NCBI GenBank assembly: GCA_036338695.1 | Contig: JAYZBQ010000058.1 | Span: 17,109 to 81,108, forward strand | DNA length: 64,000 nt | Reading direction: 5' to 3' | Source: Myxococcota bacterium | GTDB taxonomy: Bacteria; Myxococcota; UBA4151 | Part shown: positions 1 through 8,024 of the stretch, piece after piece | How the letters are laid out: each line of letters begins with the position of its first letter | How positions within the stretch are numbered: position 1 is the first letter of the stretch | Position numbers and translations under genes: made by a program | Notes under the pieces: generated by a model | Databases searched by the model: none | What the model saw: the letters and a program-made list of their open reading frames with translations, nothing else | Told to the model about the DNA's origin: nothing

Positions 1-2
1 AC

Positions 3-329
3 GGCGTCTCGCCCCTCGATCAGATGGCGGACGACTTCGTTGCGCAGATCGATTTTGCTGAGGCGATGAAGCGGCTGGACGAGCGCATGAAACAGACCGT
101 CCCGGGCGGTGACGAGACCTACGCAGACCAGATGCAACGGCTCGAGAACACGCTGTTTGAGCGCTTTGAGGGGATGCTCGGCGACGACGACTACGAACGC
201 TTTCGAGACCTTAATCTGGCGCCGACGATGATCTACACAGGTTATGACCCCATGCAGGGTCATCTTCAAAAGGTGCTCGAGCGCCGCGCACCAGAGTTTG
301 CGCCGACAGGTTCGGCTCCGCCTCCTTGA
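3..329 (+). CDS. Hypothetical protein, probably 5'-truncated by the window edge
   Basis: Frame is open upstream of the ATG at 24 to the window start; protein-like acidic helical composition; no recognised motif. Confidence 0.6.
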   Translation, partial: GVSPLDQMADDFVAQIDFAEAMKRLDERMKQTVPGGDETYADQMQRLENTLFERFEGMLGDDDYERFRDLNLAPTMIYTGYDPMQGHLQKVLERRAPEFAPTGSAPPP

Positions 330-423
330 GCCACCGGGATCAGACGCCGCTCCACCGGAGCAGGGCTTGTTCGATGCGCTGGAGTCGGCCATTTTCCCAG
401 CCCCTGGTGGCTGGAGGGAGATC

Positions 424-537
424 ATGATCCGTTCATCGATGTTTTGGCTGTGCGGCTTCTTTGTGGTCACGCGCCCGTCCTGCGGCGACCAGGTCGTGGT
501 GCGTGAGACCCAAGCAGCTTGCGGAAATGGGGTGTAG
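424..537 (+). pseudogene. Short remnant resembling the N-terminus of a Cys-rich-repeat secreted protein
   Basis: GGAGG SD before ATG 424; MIRSSMFWLCGFFVVTRPSCGDQVVVRETQAACGNGV* ends exactly in the CGNGV motif that starts the repeats of the next gene. Confidence 0.4.
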
Positions 538-539
538 TC

Positions 540-1799
540 ATGTTGTCTCGATCATTCGCGACGCTTCTGCTGCCAGCGCTTTGGCTCGGGATCAGCGCCT
601 GTTCTTTGCCGGACACCATCGACGCCGTCTGCGGGAACGGAGTCGTTGAGGCGGATGAGGCATGCGATGACGGGAACGCAGAAGATACGGACAGCTGCTT
701 GAGCACGTGCGTGGCGGCGACCTGCGGTGATGGAGCGGTACACCAGGACGTTGAGGCCTGCGATGACGGCAACACGGAGGACACCGACGCCTGTCTGAGC
801 ATCTGTGTCGCCGCGCGCTGCGGCGATGGGTTCGTCCACGAGGGCGTTGAAGCGTGCGATGACGGTAACGCCGAGGACGGCGACGCCTGTCCAAGCACCT
901 GCGCTGAAGCGACCTGCGGTGATGGGTTTGTCCATGGCGGTGTAGAAGCCTGCGATGACGGCAACGACGACAACTCAGACGCCTGTCTCGATGACTGCAC
1001 CGACAACCGCTGCGGCGATGGCTTCGTCCACGCGGGCGTGGAAGCCTGTGATGACGGTAACGACGGCAACGACGACGCCTGCTTGGATGACTGCAGCCAA
1101 GCCGCTTGCGGCGATGGCTATGTTCACGTCGGCGTCGAGGCTTGCGATGACGGTAACCTGGAGCCTGGAGATGCCTGCACCGATCGATGTGAGGTCGCCC
1201 GATGCGGCGACGGCGTACTGCACCGCGGTGAAGAAGCCTGCGATGACGGCAACACCAACGACCGAGATGACTGCTCGAATGACTGCGAGGACCAGAGCCA
1301 CCTCGTAAACAATTTTAGCGGCGTGGCGGGTCCCGTCATAGGCGATGGCTGGCGTCAATGCGCCGGCTACTTCGATCGCCGAGACCAAGAGGATGTGCCG
1401 CTCGATTGGGGCGCTGCTTGCGCGACGCCCGGGACCAATAAAGTGCGCCTGTATTGCGGCGGCGACCTGCAAGAGCATCGCTTCATCGAGGTGAACCGAA
1501 ACGTGTTTCGTGAAGGGCTAGGGCAGGGGATTAATGCTGGGGAACCGGCTCGCGATCTCATCACGCGCAGCAGCTGGGGCACCGGCCGCAACCTGGGGAT
1601 GCCGAACCTGATCTGGGCGGATGGGCGCCCCTCTCATCCCCACGTGGGCATGTCGCACTGGGGCAGCGACGGCGAGCCCTGCGTTTGGAACTATGAGCGT
1701 CGACTGATCATCAATGGACCGGGCTGTACCTACGAGGTCTCTGATTGCCTGGGGCAAAACCCGGGTCACCGCTACCTCTGGGTTTACGTCAAACCTTAG
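540..1799 (+). CDS. Lipoprotein with myxobacterial cysteine-rich repeats (DUF4215-like)
   Basis: Signal peptide/lipobox (LGISAC); seven repeats of CGDGxVxxGVEACDDGN...C...C; unique C-terminal domain. ATG 540 preferred over 519. Confidence 0.88.
   Translation: MLSRSFATLLLPALWLGISACSLPDTIDAVCGNGVVEADEACDDGNAEDTDSCLSTCVAATCGDGAVHQDVEACDDGNTEDTDACLSICVAARCGDGFVHEGVEACDDGNAEDGDACPSTCAEATCGDGFVHGGVEACDDGNDDNSDACLDDCTDNRCGDGFVHAGVEACDDGNDGNDDACLDDCSQAACGDGYVHVGVEACDDGNLEPGDACTDRCEVARCGDGVLHRGEEACDDGNTNDRDDCSNDCEDQSHLVNNFSGVAGPVIGDGWRQCAGYFDRRDQEDVPLDWGAACATPGTNKVRLYCGGDLQEHRFIEVNRNVFREGLGQGINAGEPARDLITRSSWGTGRNLGMPNLIWADGRPSHPHVGMSHWGSDGEPCVWNYERRLIINGPGCTYEVSDCLGQNPGHRYLWVYVKP
630..1287 (+). repeat. 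Seven intragenic ~96-nt (32-aa) cysteine-rich tandem repeats
   Basis: Recurrent TGCGGCGA(T/C)GG and TGCGATGACGG(C/T)AAC blocks at ~96-nt spacing, all in frame. Confidence 0.9.
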
Positions 1800-1832
1800 G
1801 GCTTTATCGCAGGCTCGTGGACAAAGCCTCCA

Positions 1833-3272
1833 CTAACGCACAAACACGAGCCCCCACGCCGTGGTGCGCTTGACGCCGTTGTCCGGCGCAAAGCCGATCG
1901 CCTCGTTACCCACCGACCGACCGGGGCCGCGCCCCAGATCGTTGGAGCCCGCCCCAAAGCCGATCCGTGAATCGGGCGTGACGCAGTCGTTCTCCTGGTT
2001 GGCGACGATCCCGATTCGGACGCGCATGAGCGGGTTGTAGACGTTGAAGCCCTCGCGGTTGCATCGCGCTTGCAAGGAGCCCCCTTTGACCAGGCGCTTC
2101 CAAGCCTCTCGACCGACCTTGGTCGGCTGGTACTTATTGCCCTTGAAGAGGTGGTAGAGCGACCGTGCGCTGTGGTCGATTTTGAGGTTGCGCCACAGCT
2201 TGCCTCCGTCCCAAGTGACCAGGTTGATGGCGTCAAACGGGATGCGGTAAAACCCTTTGGTTTTCGCTTCATAGGGCGTCTTTTTATCGAGCTTTGCATT
2301 GAGCGTCTGGCGGTTTGTCCAGAGCGGTGAGTCATAGGCAAAAGTCGGCTTACGGCCGTCGATCGAGAGCACGAGCGTCCAGCCGCCCCCATCATAAGTC
2401 ATATCGCAATAGGACGGATACGGCGCCTTACTGCGCTTGAGGAAGTACATGCCATCCTTTGCCTTCGGCCGGGCGCGCTTGATCGCTTTGCAGTGCTTTG
2501 CAGGGCGTTCAAAACTTCCCAGCGCCTTCTTGGCACGCTTCGCCGCCTCACGCTCCGCTTGCTCCTGAGCTAGCGCCTCCGCTTCGCGCTTTGCCGCCGC
2601 CCGGCGCGCAGCTTCGACCGCTTTGGCTTGCTCACTCGCTTGCGCCGCTCGGCGTTGCGCCTCGGCGATCCGGCGCTGATCGGCCGCACGCTGTGCCGCC
2701 TCAAGCTGCCGCCGCGCGTCGTCCGCCTCGCGCTTGGCTTGCTCCGCTGCTCGCTGGGCGGCTTGTACCGCTTTGGTGGCGTCCTGACGCAGCACCTGGA
2801 GCTCGAGCGCCGTGGGTGCTCGGCCGCCATCCTTGAGCAGCTCGCGGACCTTGGCGGGGAGCGAGTCAGCGAAGGCTTCGACCGTCTCGCTCTGGTCCGC
2901 CACGGTTGAGAGCGCGCGAACCTTCTCGATATCGACCAGCTTGAGCGTCAGAATGTATCGCTTGCCGAGCTGGTCGAGCCCGCCGGTGACCAGGTATTTG
3001 GCGCCCAAGGCGCCGCCAAGCTCGGCGATGCAGCTCGCCTCATCGCAGCCGCCTGACAACTGGCGCTTGATCTCCTCATCGATGGCGCCGAGGTCCTCGG
3101 GGGTGACCAGCGTGTATTGGCTCGACTGTCCCGCATAGATACGCACCAAGCGGGTCAGCGTTTGCGCGTCCTTGGAGGCGCCCTGGCTCGACCGCAGAGG
3201 CGCCACGATCAAGGTGGGAGGGAGGGGCATCGAGCTCACCATCAGCGCGGCCGTAAGGGTCAGACTTGACAT
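1833..3272 (-). CDS. Secreted protein: TolB-N/DUF2380-like domain, coiled coil, fibrinogen-like (YCDxxxxGGGW) C-terminal domain
   Basis: N-terminal signal-like segment; GCDEASCIAELGGALGA motif; Ala/Gln/Arg-rich coiled coil; PAKHCKAI...YCDMTYDGGGWTLV. Confidence 0.8.
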   Translation of the reverse strand: MSSLTLTAALMVSSMPLPPTLIVAPLRSSQGASKDAQTLTRLVRIYAGQSSQYTLVTPEDLGAIDEEIKRQLSGGCDEASCIAELGGALGAKYLVTGGLDQLGKRYILTLKLVDIEKVRALSTVADQSETVEAFADSLPAKVRELLKDGGRAPTALELQVLRQDATKAVQAAQRAAEQAKREADDARRQLEAAQRAADQRRIAEAQRRAAQASEQAKAVEAARRAAAKREAEALAQEQAEREAAKRAKKALGSFERPAKHCKAIKRARPKAKDGMYFLKRSKAPYPSYCDMTYDGGGWTLVLSIDGRKPTFAYDSPLWTNRQTLNAKLDKKTPYEAKTKGFYRIPFDAINLVTWDGGKLWRNLKIDHSARSLYHLFKGNKYQPTKVGREAWKRLVKGGSLQARCNREGFNVYNPLMRVRIGIVANQENDCVTPDSRIGFGAGSNDLGRGPGRSVGNEAIGFAPDNGVKRTTAWGLVFVR

Positions 3273-3430
3273 GGTGTGTTTGGCTCCAACTTGAGGGCGA
3301 CAGGACCAGCAAACGGTGACTGCGTCACCAAGTCAAGGACGCAGGATGCCGGCGCCTATTCACAGAAGGCGTCAGGCGTGATCCAAACAACACGGCGGGA
3401 TCAATGCGCCGTGCGATGGAGGCTCTCGGT

Positions 3431-3973
3431 ATGGCACAACCTGCGACCATCAGACGCTTTGAGATCGACGTCACGAATGTCGACGGCGGTGTGTATGAGT
3501 CCGTCTCGCTTCGGGTGGCGCAACACCCTTCCGAGAGTGAAGCGTACTGCGTGGTGCGCGTCATCGCCTATTGTCTGCATCTGGGCGACGGCGTTCGGAT
3601 GTCCAAATCCGGGCTGTGCGATGCTGACGAGCCGCCGCTGAGCTCCGAGTCGCTAACGGGCGAGCCGCGTCTGTGGGTTGATATCGGATCGCCCTCGGCT
3701 GATCGCCTTCATAAGGCCTCGAAGCGCTACGCTCGCGTGGTGGTGTACACCCACAAGCGCCCCGAGCTGCTGATCGACAAACTCAACAAACAGCGCATTC
3801 ACCGCGCTGACGAGCTCGAGCTCTACGCACTGGATAACGCCGCCATTGAACAACTAGCCGCTCGGCTGAGCCGGTCCAACAACTGGTCGTTCATACGCCA
3901 AGATGACGAGCTCTTCATCACGGCAGGCGAGTCCCCCGTGAGCTTTCCGCTCCGTGCCTTGCCTGCGCCGTGA
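3431..3973 (+). CDS. yaeQ: YaeQ family protein
   Basis: AQHPSES, GLCDADEP, LWVDIGSPSADRLHKAS and VVVYTH motifs typical of YaeQ. Confidence 0.9.
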   Translation: MAQPATIRRFEIDVTNVDGGVYESVSLRVAQHPSESEAYCVVRVIAYCLHLGDGVRMSKSGLCDADEPPLSSESLTGEPRLWVDIGSPSADRLHKASKRYARVVVYTHKRPELLIDKLNKQRIHRADELELYALDNAAIEQLAARLSRSNNWSFIRQDDELFITAGESPVSFPLRALPAP

Positions 3974-4055
3974 GCCTGAGGTGTCCTACACCCTTATAGC
4001 TAAAGAACAACGGCCTCGACTAGCGCATCCCGGCCGGGTTCGCTAAACCCCGCTC

Positions 4056-6365
4056 ATGAGATACCTAAACCTTCTTGTTCTGACGGTGCTGGCGGCCTGT
4101 GGTGCGCCGAGCCTCGAAGCCCACCAACTCAAAGTCACCATCGAAGACGAACGCCTGACGATCCGTGGCGTCGGCGAGCGCCTTTTGCTCGATCTTCCGA
4201 TCCGGGAGCTCGCGGCACGCAGCGGCTCGGCGAGTCACCAGATGAAGTTTGGCTCGTTCTTAGTCGAGGACCTGCCGCAACAAGCCTGGCAAGTCAGCGA
4301 GTCGATCGACGTCTCAAGCGATGACGAGACCTTGACCGCAAAGCTTGACGGTCTGGGGACGCTGACCGCTGAGATCGTCGCCGACGGACACGCTAAGGTG
4401 ACCTGGGCTGCCGAGCAAGGCAACCGCGCTCGGATGGTGATCGACTGTGCAGCCGACGAGCGCTTCATGGGCTTTGGTGCGCAGACCCATGACGTCGATC
4501 ATCGCGGTCAGCGGATCCCTTTGTGGGTGTCGGAGCAGGGGATCGGGAAGAATGACACGGATGAGGTGCCGCCGGTCTGGTTTTTGGTGGGGCGCCGCCA
4601 CTCAACCCATATCCCGGTCGCAGCGACCGTGACCTCGCGCGGGATTGCTTGGGCAGTCGAGACCGACGCCTACACCGAGGTAGATCTCTGCCTTGAGCGC
4701 GCCGACGCCACGGCGATTGAGCTGCACGAAGCGACCGTCCGACTGCACGTCTTTGATGGCCCGTCCCCGATGGAGGCGCTCAAGCGCTTCACGGGCTGGG
4801 TTGGGCGGCCCAAGCTGCCACCGGCGTGGGTTTTTGCGCCATGGAACGACGCCGTTTTCGGTGAAGAGAACGTGCAGCGCTTCGCTGAATTCTTACGCGA
4901 TGACTCGATCCCGACCTCAGCGATCTGGAGCGAGGACTGGAAGGGCGGGAACTGGCACGGCGACGCCTACCGGCTCGAGGAAGACTGGCGCCTTGACCGG
5001 GAGATCTACCCCGAGTTCGAGACCCTCACTCAGACGCTTCGCACCATGGGGATCCACCTGATGGTCTACTTCAACACCTTCGTCTTTGAGGCAGCCGAGA
5101 TCTTTAACGAGGCGCATGATCAAGGCTTCTTGGTCAAAGACAAGAGCGGGGAGTTCGTCCGTTTCCAGGGGCCTAACGCCAATTTTACGCACGCTGGGTT
5201 GATCGATCTGACCAATGAGGCTGCCGTAGAGTGGGTCGCCAATGAGCTCCGCCAGGCGCTCGACTACGGTGCTCGGGGATGGATGGCAGATTACGCGGAG
5301 TGGATGCCTGTGGATGACGTGGTCCTGGCGAGCGGGGAGGACCCCGCGCTGGTTCACAACCGCTACCCGATCATGTGGCAGCAGCTCAATGAGCGCGTGA
5401 TCGAGGAGGCAGGGCTCGCAGACGAAGCGATCGCCTTTTATCGCTCAGGCTGGATGGGCTCGCAGCCCTACGCTCGGGTGATCTGGGCCGGTGATCAAAA
5501 CACGGACTTTGACCCCAACGACGGCTTCCCGACCATCTTGCCCTTGGGTATCGGGCTGAGCGCAACCGGCTTCCCGTTCTACGGTCACGACATCGCCGGC
5601 TACCAGAGCAACACCACGGACCCGTCGACTAAAGAGCTGTTCCTGCGCTGGACCAGCCTCGGCGCCTTCTCTCCGGTGATGAGGACCCACCACGGAACAC
5701 ACGCCTCCGAGAATTGGAACCTTGAGCGCGATGAGGAGACGACGGCGCACTGGAAGCGCTACGCCCGGCTCCACATGCAGCTGTTTCCCTATCTCTGGGG
5801 TCTAGCGCAGCGCGCCGTGAACGAAGGTGAACCGATCTGGCGAGGCCTCGGTCTCGAGCACCCGGCCGAGCTTGAGCTCTGGTCCATCATGGATCAGGTC
5901 TACTTGGGTCCGGCGCTCATGGTTGCGCCCGTTCAGACTCAGGGCGCGACGGCGCGGCAGGTGGTGATCCCGAGCGGACGCTTCGCACCCTTCTTCGGCG
6001 GCGAGGCGGTGACTGGGCCAAAGACGGTTGAGGTGCAAGCGCCCGTGACCGAGATCCCGGTTTTCGTGCGCGCCGGCGGGTTGGTGCCCATGCTCGCTGA
6101 GCCGGTCGATACCTTAATGCCGGATGTTGAGGGGCTGCGCGACCTCGGCGACACAAACGGCGATCGTTTGCTTCATGTCGGGCTCGGGGCCGCCGGGCGC
6201 TTTTGTGAGGCGGATGGCGCCTGCTACGAGCTGACGGGAGAGGGCACCGCACAGCCTGCCAACGAGTTGGTTCTTCAAGGAAATACAGCGCATCAAGGTG
6301 ACGGCTGGCGGCTGGTGACCACCGGTCAGCCAAGCGGTCGCCAGACCCGAGTCATAGCCCACTAA
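4056..6365 (+). CDS. Glycoside hydrolase family 31 lipoprotein (sulfoquinovosidase YihQ-related)
   Basis: Lipobox LAAC; PLWVSEQGIGK; nucleophile motif GWMADYAE; acid/base WAGDQ; GHDIAGY; FSPVMRTHHG. Confidence 0.88.
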   Translation: MRYLNLLVLTVLAACGAPSLEAHQLKVTIEDERLTIRGVGERLLLDLPIRELAARSGSASHQMKFGSFLVEDLPQQAWQVSESIDVSSDDETLTAKLDGLGTLTAEIVADGHAKVTWAAEQGNRARMVIDCAADERFMGFGAQTHDVDHRGQRIPLWVSEQGIGKNDTDEVPPVWFLVGRRHSTHIPVAATVTSRGIAWAVETDAYTEVDLCLERADATAIELHEATVRLHVFDGPSPMEALKRFTGWVGRPKLPPAWVFAPWNDAVFGEENVQRFAEFLRDDSIPTSAIWSEDWKGGNWHGDAYRLEEDWRLDREIYPEFETLTQTLRTMGIHLMVYFNTFVFEAAEIFNEAHDQGFLVKDKSGEFVRFQGPNANFTHAGLIDLTNEAAVEWVANELRQALDYGARGWMADYAEWMPVDDVVLASGEDPALVHNRYPIMWQQLNERVIEEAGLADEAIAFYRSGWMGSQPYARVIWAGDQNTDFDPNDGFPTILPLGIGLSATGFPFYGHDIAGYQSNTTDPSTKELFLRWTSLGAFSPVMRTHHGTHASENWNLERDEETTAHWKRYARLHMQLFPYLWGLAQRAVNEGEPIWRGLGLEHPAELELWSIMDQVYLGPALMVAPVQTQGATARQVVIPSGRFAPFFGGEAVTGPKTVEVQAPVTEIPVFVRAGGLVPMLAEPVDTLMPDVEGLRDLGDTNGDRLLHVGLGAAGRFCEADGACYELTGEGTAQPANELVLQGNTAHQGDGWRLVTTGQPSGRQTRVIAH

Positions 6366-6400
6366 TGGCGGCTTAGGGCAGTTGACCGAGCCGCGGCGTC

Positions 6401-6429
6401 TTGCGCCGGGTGCGAAGTCCTTCTAAAGT
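6401..6429 (+). promoter_or_regulatory. Putative sigma70-type promoter for a leaderless transcript
   Basis: TTGCGC (6401-6406), 17-nt spacer, TAAAGT (6424-6429); predicted +1 falls at or next to the ATG at 6436. Confidence 0.6.
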
Positions 6430-6435
6430 GGAACC

Positions 6436-6522
6436 ATGATGAGCCTCAACGTGATCACCACCGACGTCTCTGGGAACGGCACCTGTTGTTGTTGCTGTTG
6501 TTGTACGTCGACCCCGTGGTGA
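6436..6522 (+). CDS. Polycysteine leader peptide (28 aa, MMSLNVITTDVSGNGTCCCCCCCTSTPW)
   Basis: Translated by hand: TGT TGT TGT TGC TGT TGT TGT at 6484-6504 in frame with ATG 6436/6439 and TGA 6520-6522; too short for the ORF track. Confidence 0.8.
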   Translation: MMSLNVITTDVSGNGTCCCCCCCTSTPW

Positions 6523-6633
6523 ACTGAGCGCCTTCCTTCCTACTCGCCAGTCTTCAGTCACCACGGAGGTCCTCTTCGGGTGCTGGAATGATCTGTCTCA
6601 TGCATCCGTCTCCTCCCTACTTATCGGATGCAT
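6510..6633 (+). promoter_or_regulatory. Putative attenuator with alternative RNA hairpins
   Basis: CCGTGGTG(A)ACTGA 6514-6527 pairs with TCAGTCACCACGG 6554-6566; ATGCATCCG 6600-6608 pairs with CGGATGCAT 6625-6633 just before ATG 6636; CGGGTGC 6577-6583 can alternatively pair with GCATCCG 6602-6608. Confidence 0.65.
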
Positions 6634-6635
6634 CC

Positions 6636-7595
6636 ATGACCCACTCACTACCCACTGTTCACATCCTCTATGAAAACGCTGCCTGGCTGCCGCCCTTGAC
6701 CGAGGCGCTCAAAGCTGAGGGCTTTCCCATCCGGCTGTGGCCAGTTGACGGCGGTTTGATCGATCCGTCCGAGGAGCCACCGGAGGGGTTGTGGATCAAT
6801 CGCATCAGCCCATCGTCGCACACGCGTGGGCACCACCACAGCGTCGGCCTGACGCGCGAGTGGCTCTCCTGGCTTCGAGTCCACCGGCGCCGGGTGATCA
6901 ACGGCCTCGAGGCGTTCGAACTCGAGATGAGCAAGCTTCGGCAGGACATGGCGCTGCGTCGCCACGGCATCTTGACCCCTAAGACCGTCCTCGCGGTGGG
7001 GCGTGACCAGATCCTCGACGCTGCGGCGCGCTTTGAAGGTCCCTTCATCACCAAGCACAACCAAGGCGGTAAGGGCTTGGGGATCCGGCAGTTCACCGAC
7101 GTCGCATCGCTTCGAGCCTATCTCGACTCGGATGCCTTTGATGAGGGCCCCGACGGCAAGCTGATCCTTCAAGAGTTTATCGAAGCCGCCGAGCCGGTGA
7201 TCACGCGGGTCGAGGTCGTGGGCGGTGAGATGATCTTCGCCATGAACAGCTCGACCGAAGAGGGTTTTGAGCTCTGCCCTAGCGACGCGTGCCAGGCGAC
7301 CCCGGCGTCGGTGTGCCCAGGTGAGGCGCCGAGCAGCAAGTTCAGCCCTGCCACGCTGAGCGCCGACGACCCGCTGGTGCAGAAGTATCTTCGATTCTGT
7401 GCCCTCGAGGGCGTTGAGGTCGCGGGTATCGAGTTCATCACCGACCGACACGGTCGCCGGTACACTTACGACGTCAACGGGACCACCAACTACAGCAGCG
7501 GCGTCGAGCGCGCCGTCGGCGTCGACGGCATGCGCGAGCTCGCCAAGTACATTCGGGGTATGGCGGGCTGCGCCAGCCTGGACCGGGTCGCCTAG
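6636..7595 (+). CDS. ATP-grasp ligase, RimK/glutathione-synthetase-like
   Basis: NRISPSSHTRGH, TKHNQGGKGLGI, LILQEFIE, AGIEFI and YDVNGTTNY motifs; ATG 6636 preferred over 6588. Confidence 0.85.
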   Translation: MTHSLPTVHILYENAAWLPPLTEALKAEGFPIRLWPVDGGLIDPSEEPPEGLWINRISPSSHTRGHHHSVGLTREWLSWLRVHRRRVINGLEAFELEMSKLRQDMALRRHGILTPKTVLAVGRDQILDAAARFEGPFITKHNQGGKGLGIRQFTDVASLRAYLDSDAFDEGPDGKLILQEFIEAAEPVITRVEVVGGEMIFAMNSSTEEGFELCPSDACQATPASVCPGEAPSSKFSPATLSADDPLVQKYLRFCALEGVEVAGIEFITDRHGRRYTYDVNGTTNYSSGVERAVGVDGMRELAKYIRGMAGCASLDRVA

Positions 7596-8014
7596 CCCAC
7601 GTTGTAGGAGCTGTGGTGCAGCGTAATGCGCACCTGCCCATCCACCTTCCGGTAGGCGAAGCTGTAGTCGGCGAAGACTTCCGTGCCATCAGGCTGGGTG
7701 AAGGTGTAGTGCCCCATGTCGTGCGCTGTCAGGCCGTCGCGAGCGATCACGGGTCCGCGGGCGCTGTCAAAATCGACGGCGACGAAGCCGTTGTGCAAGA
7801 AGCCTTTATCGCCCGGATAGTTGACGTCTCCGCCCACAAAGTACGACCGAGCGCCGGCTGCGTCGGTACGAATCGATGGCGACATCGTGGGCTTGAAGAC
7901 CAGCTCGGAGAAGTCATAGAGCGCAAGCAAGGCTTCAGGGTCTGCTGCGACGACGCCGGCGCCCCATTGGCTTTGCGCTTCGATGACTTCGTCGCGTGTG
8001 AGTGTATCGTTCAT
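7592..8014 (-). CDS. NTF2-like protein, probable iota-class carbonic anhydrase (COG4337-like)
   Basis: FKPT, IRT...SYFVGG, MGHYTF, YSFAY and C-terminal ITLHHSS motifs. Confidence 0.72.
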   Translation of the reverse strand: MNDTLTRDEVIEAQSQWGAGVVAADPEALLALYDFSELVFKPTMSPSIRTDAAGARSYFVGGDVNYPGDKGFLHNGFVAVDFDSARGPVIARDGLTAHDMGHYTFTQPDGTEVFADYSFAYRKVDGQVRITLHHSSYNVG

Positions 8015-8024
8015 GATGCAGTCC

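Noticed and set aside
630..1287. Regularly spaced repeats as a CRISPR array
   Set aside because: The repeats are degenerate, in frame and protein-coding; no cas genes are present.
6484..6504. (TGT)n as a mere microsatellite or phase-variation tract
   Set aside because: The run is interrupted by a synonymous TGC that preserves Cys, is in frame in a short ORF, and a triplet unit would not shift frame.
6373..6564. 63-aa minus-strand ORF with a TTTATTT (Thr-rich) run
   Set aside because: It is the antisense shadow of the poly-Cys codons; the plus strand has the promoter, ATG and downstream gene.
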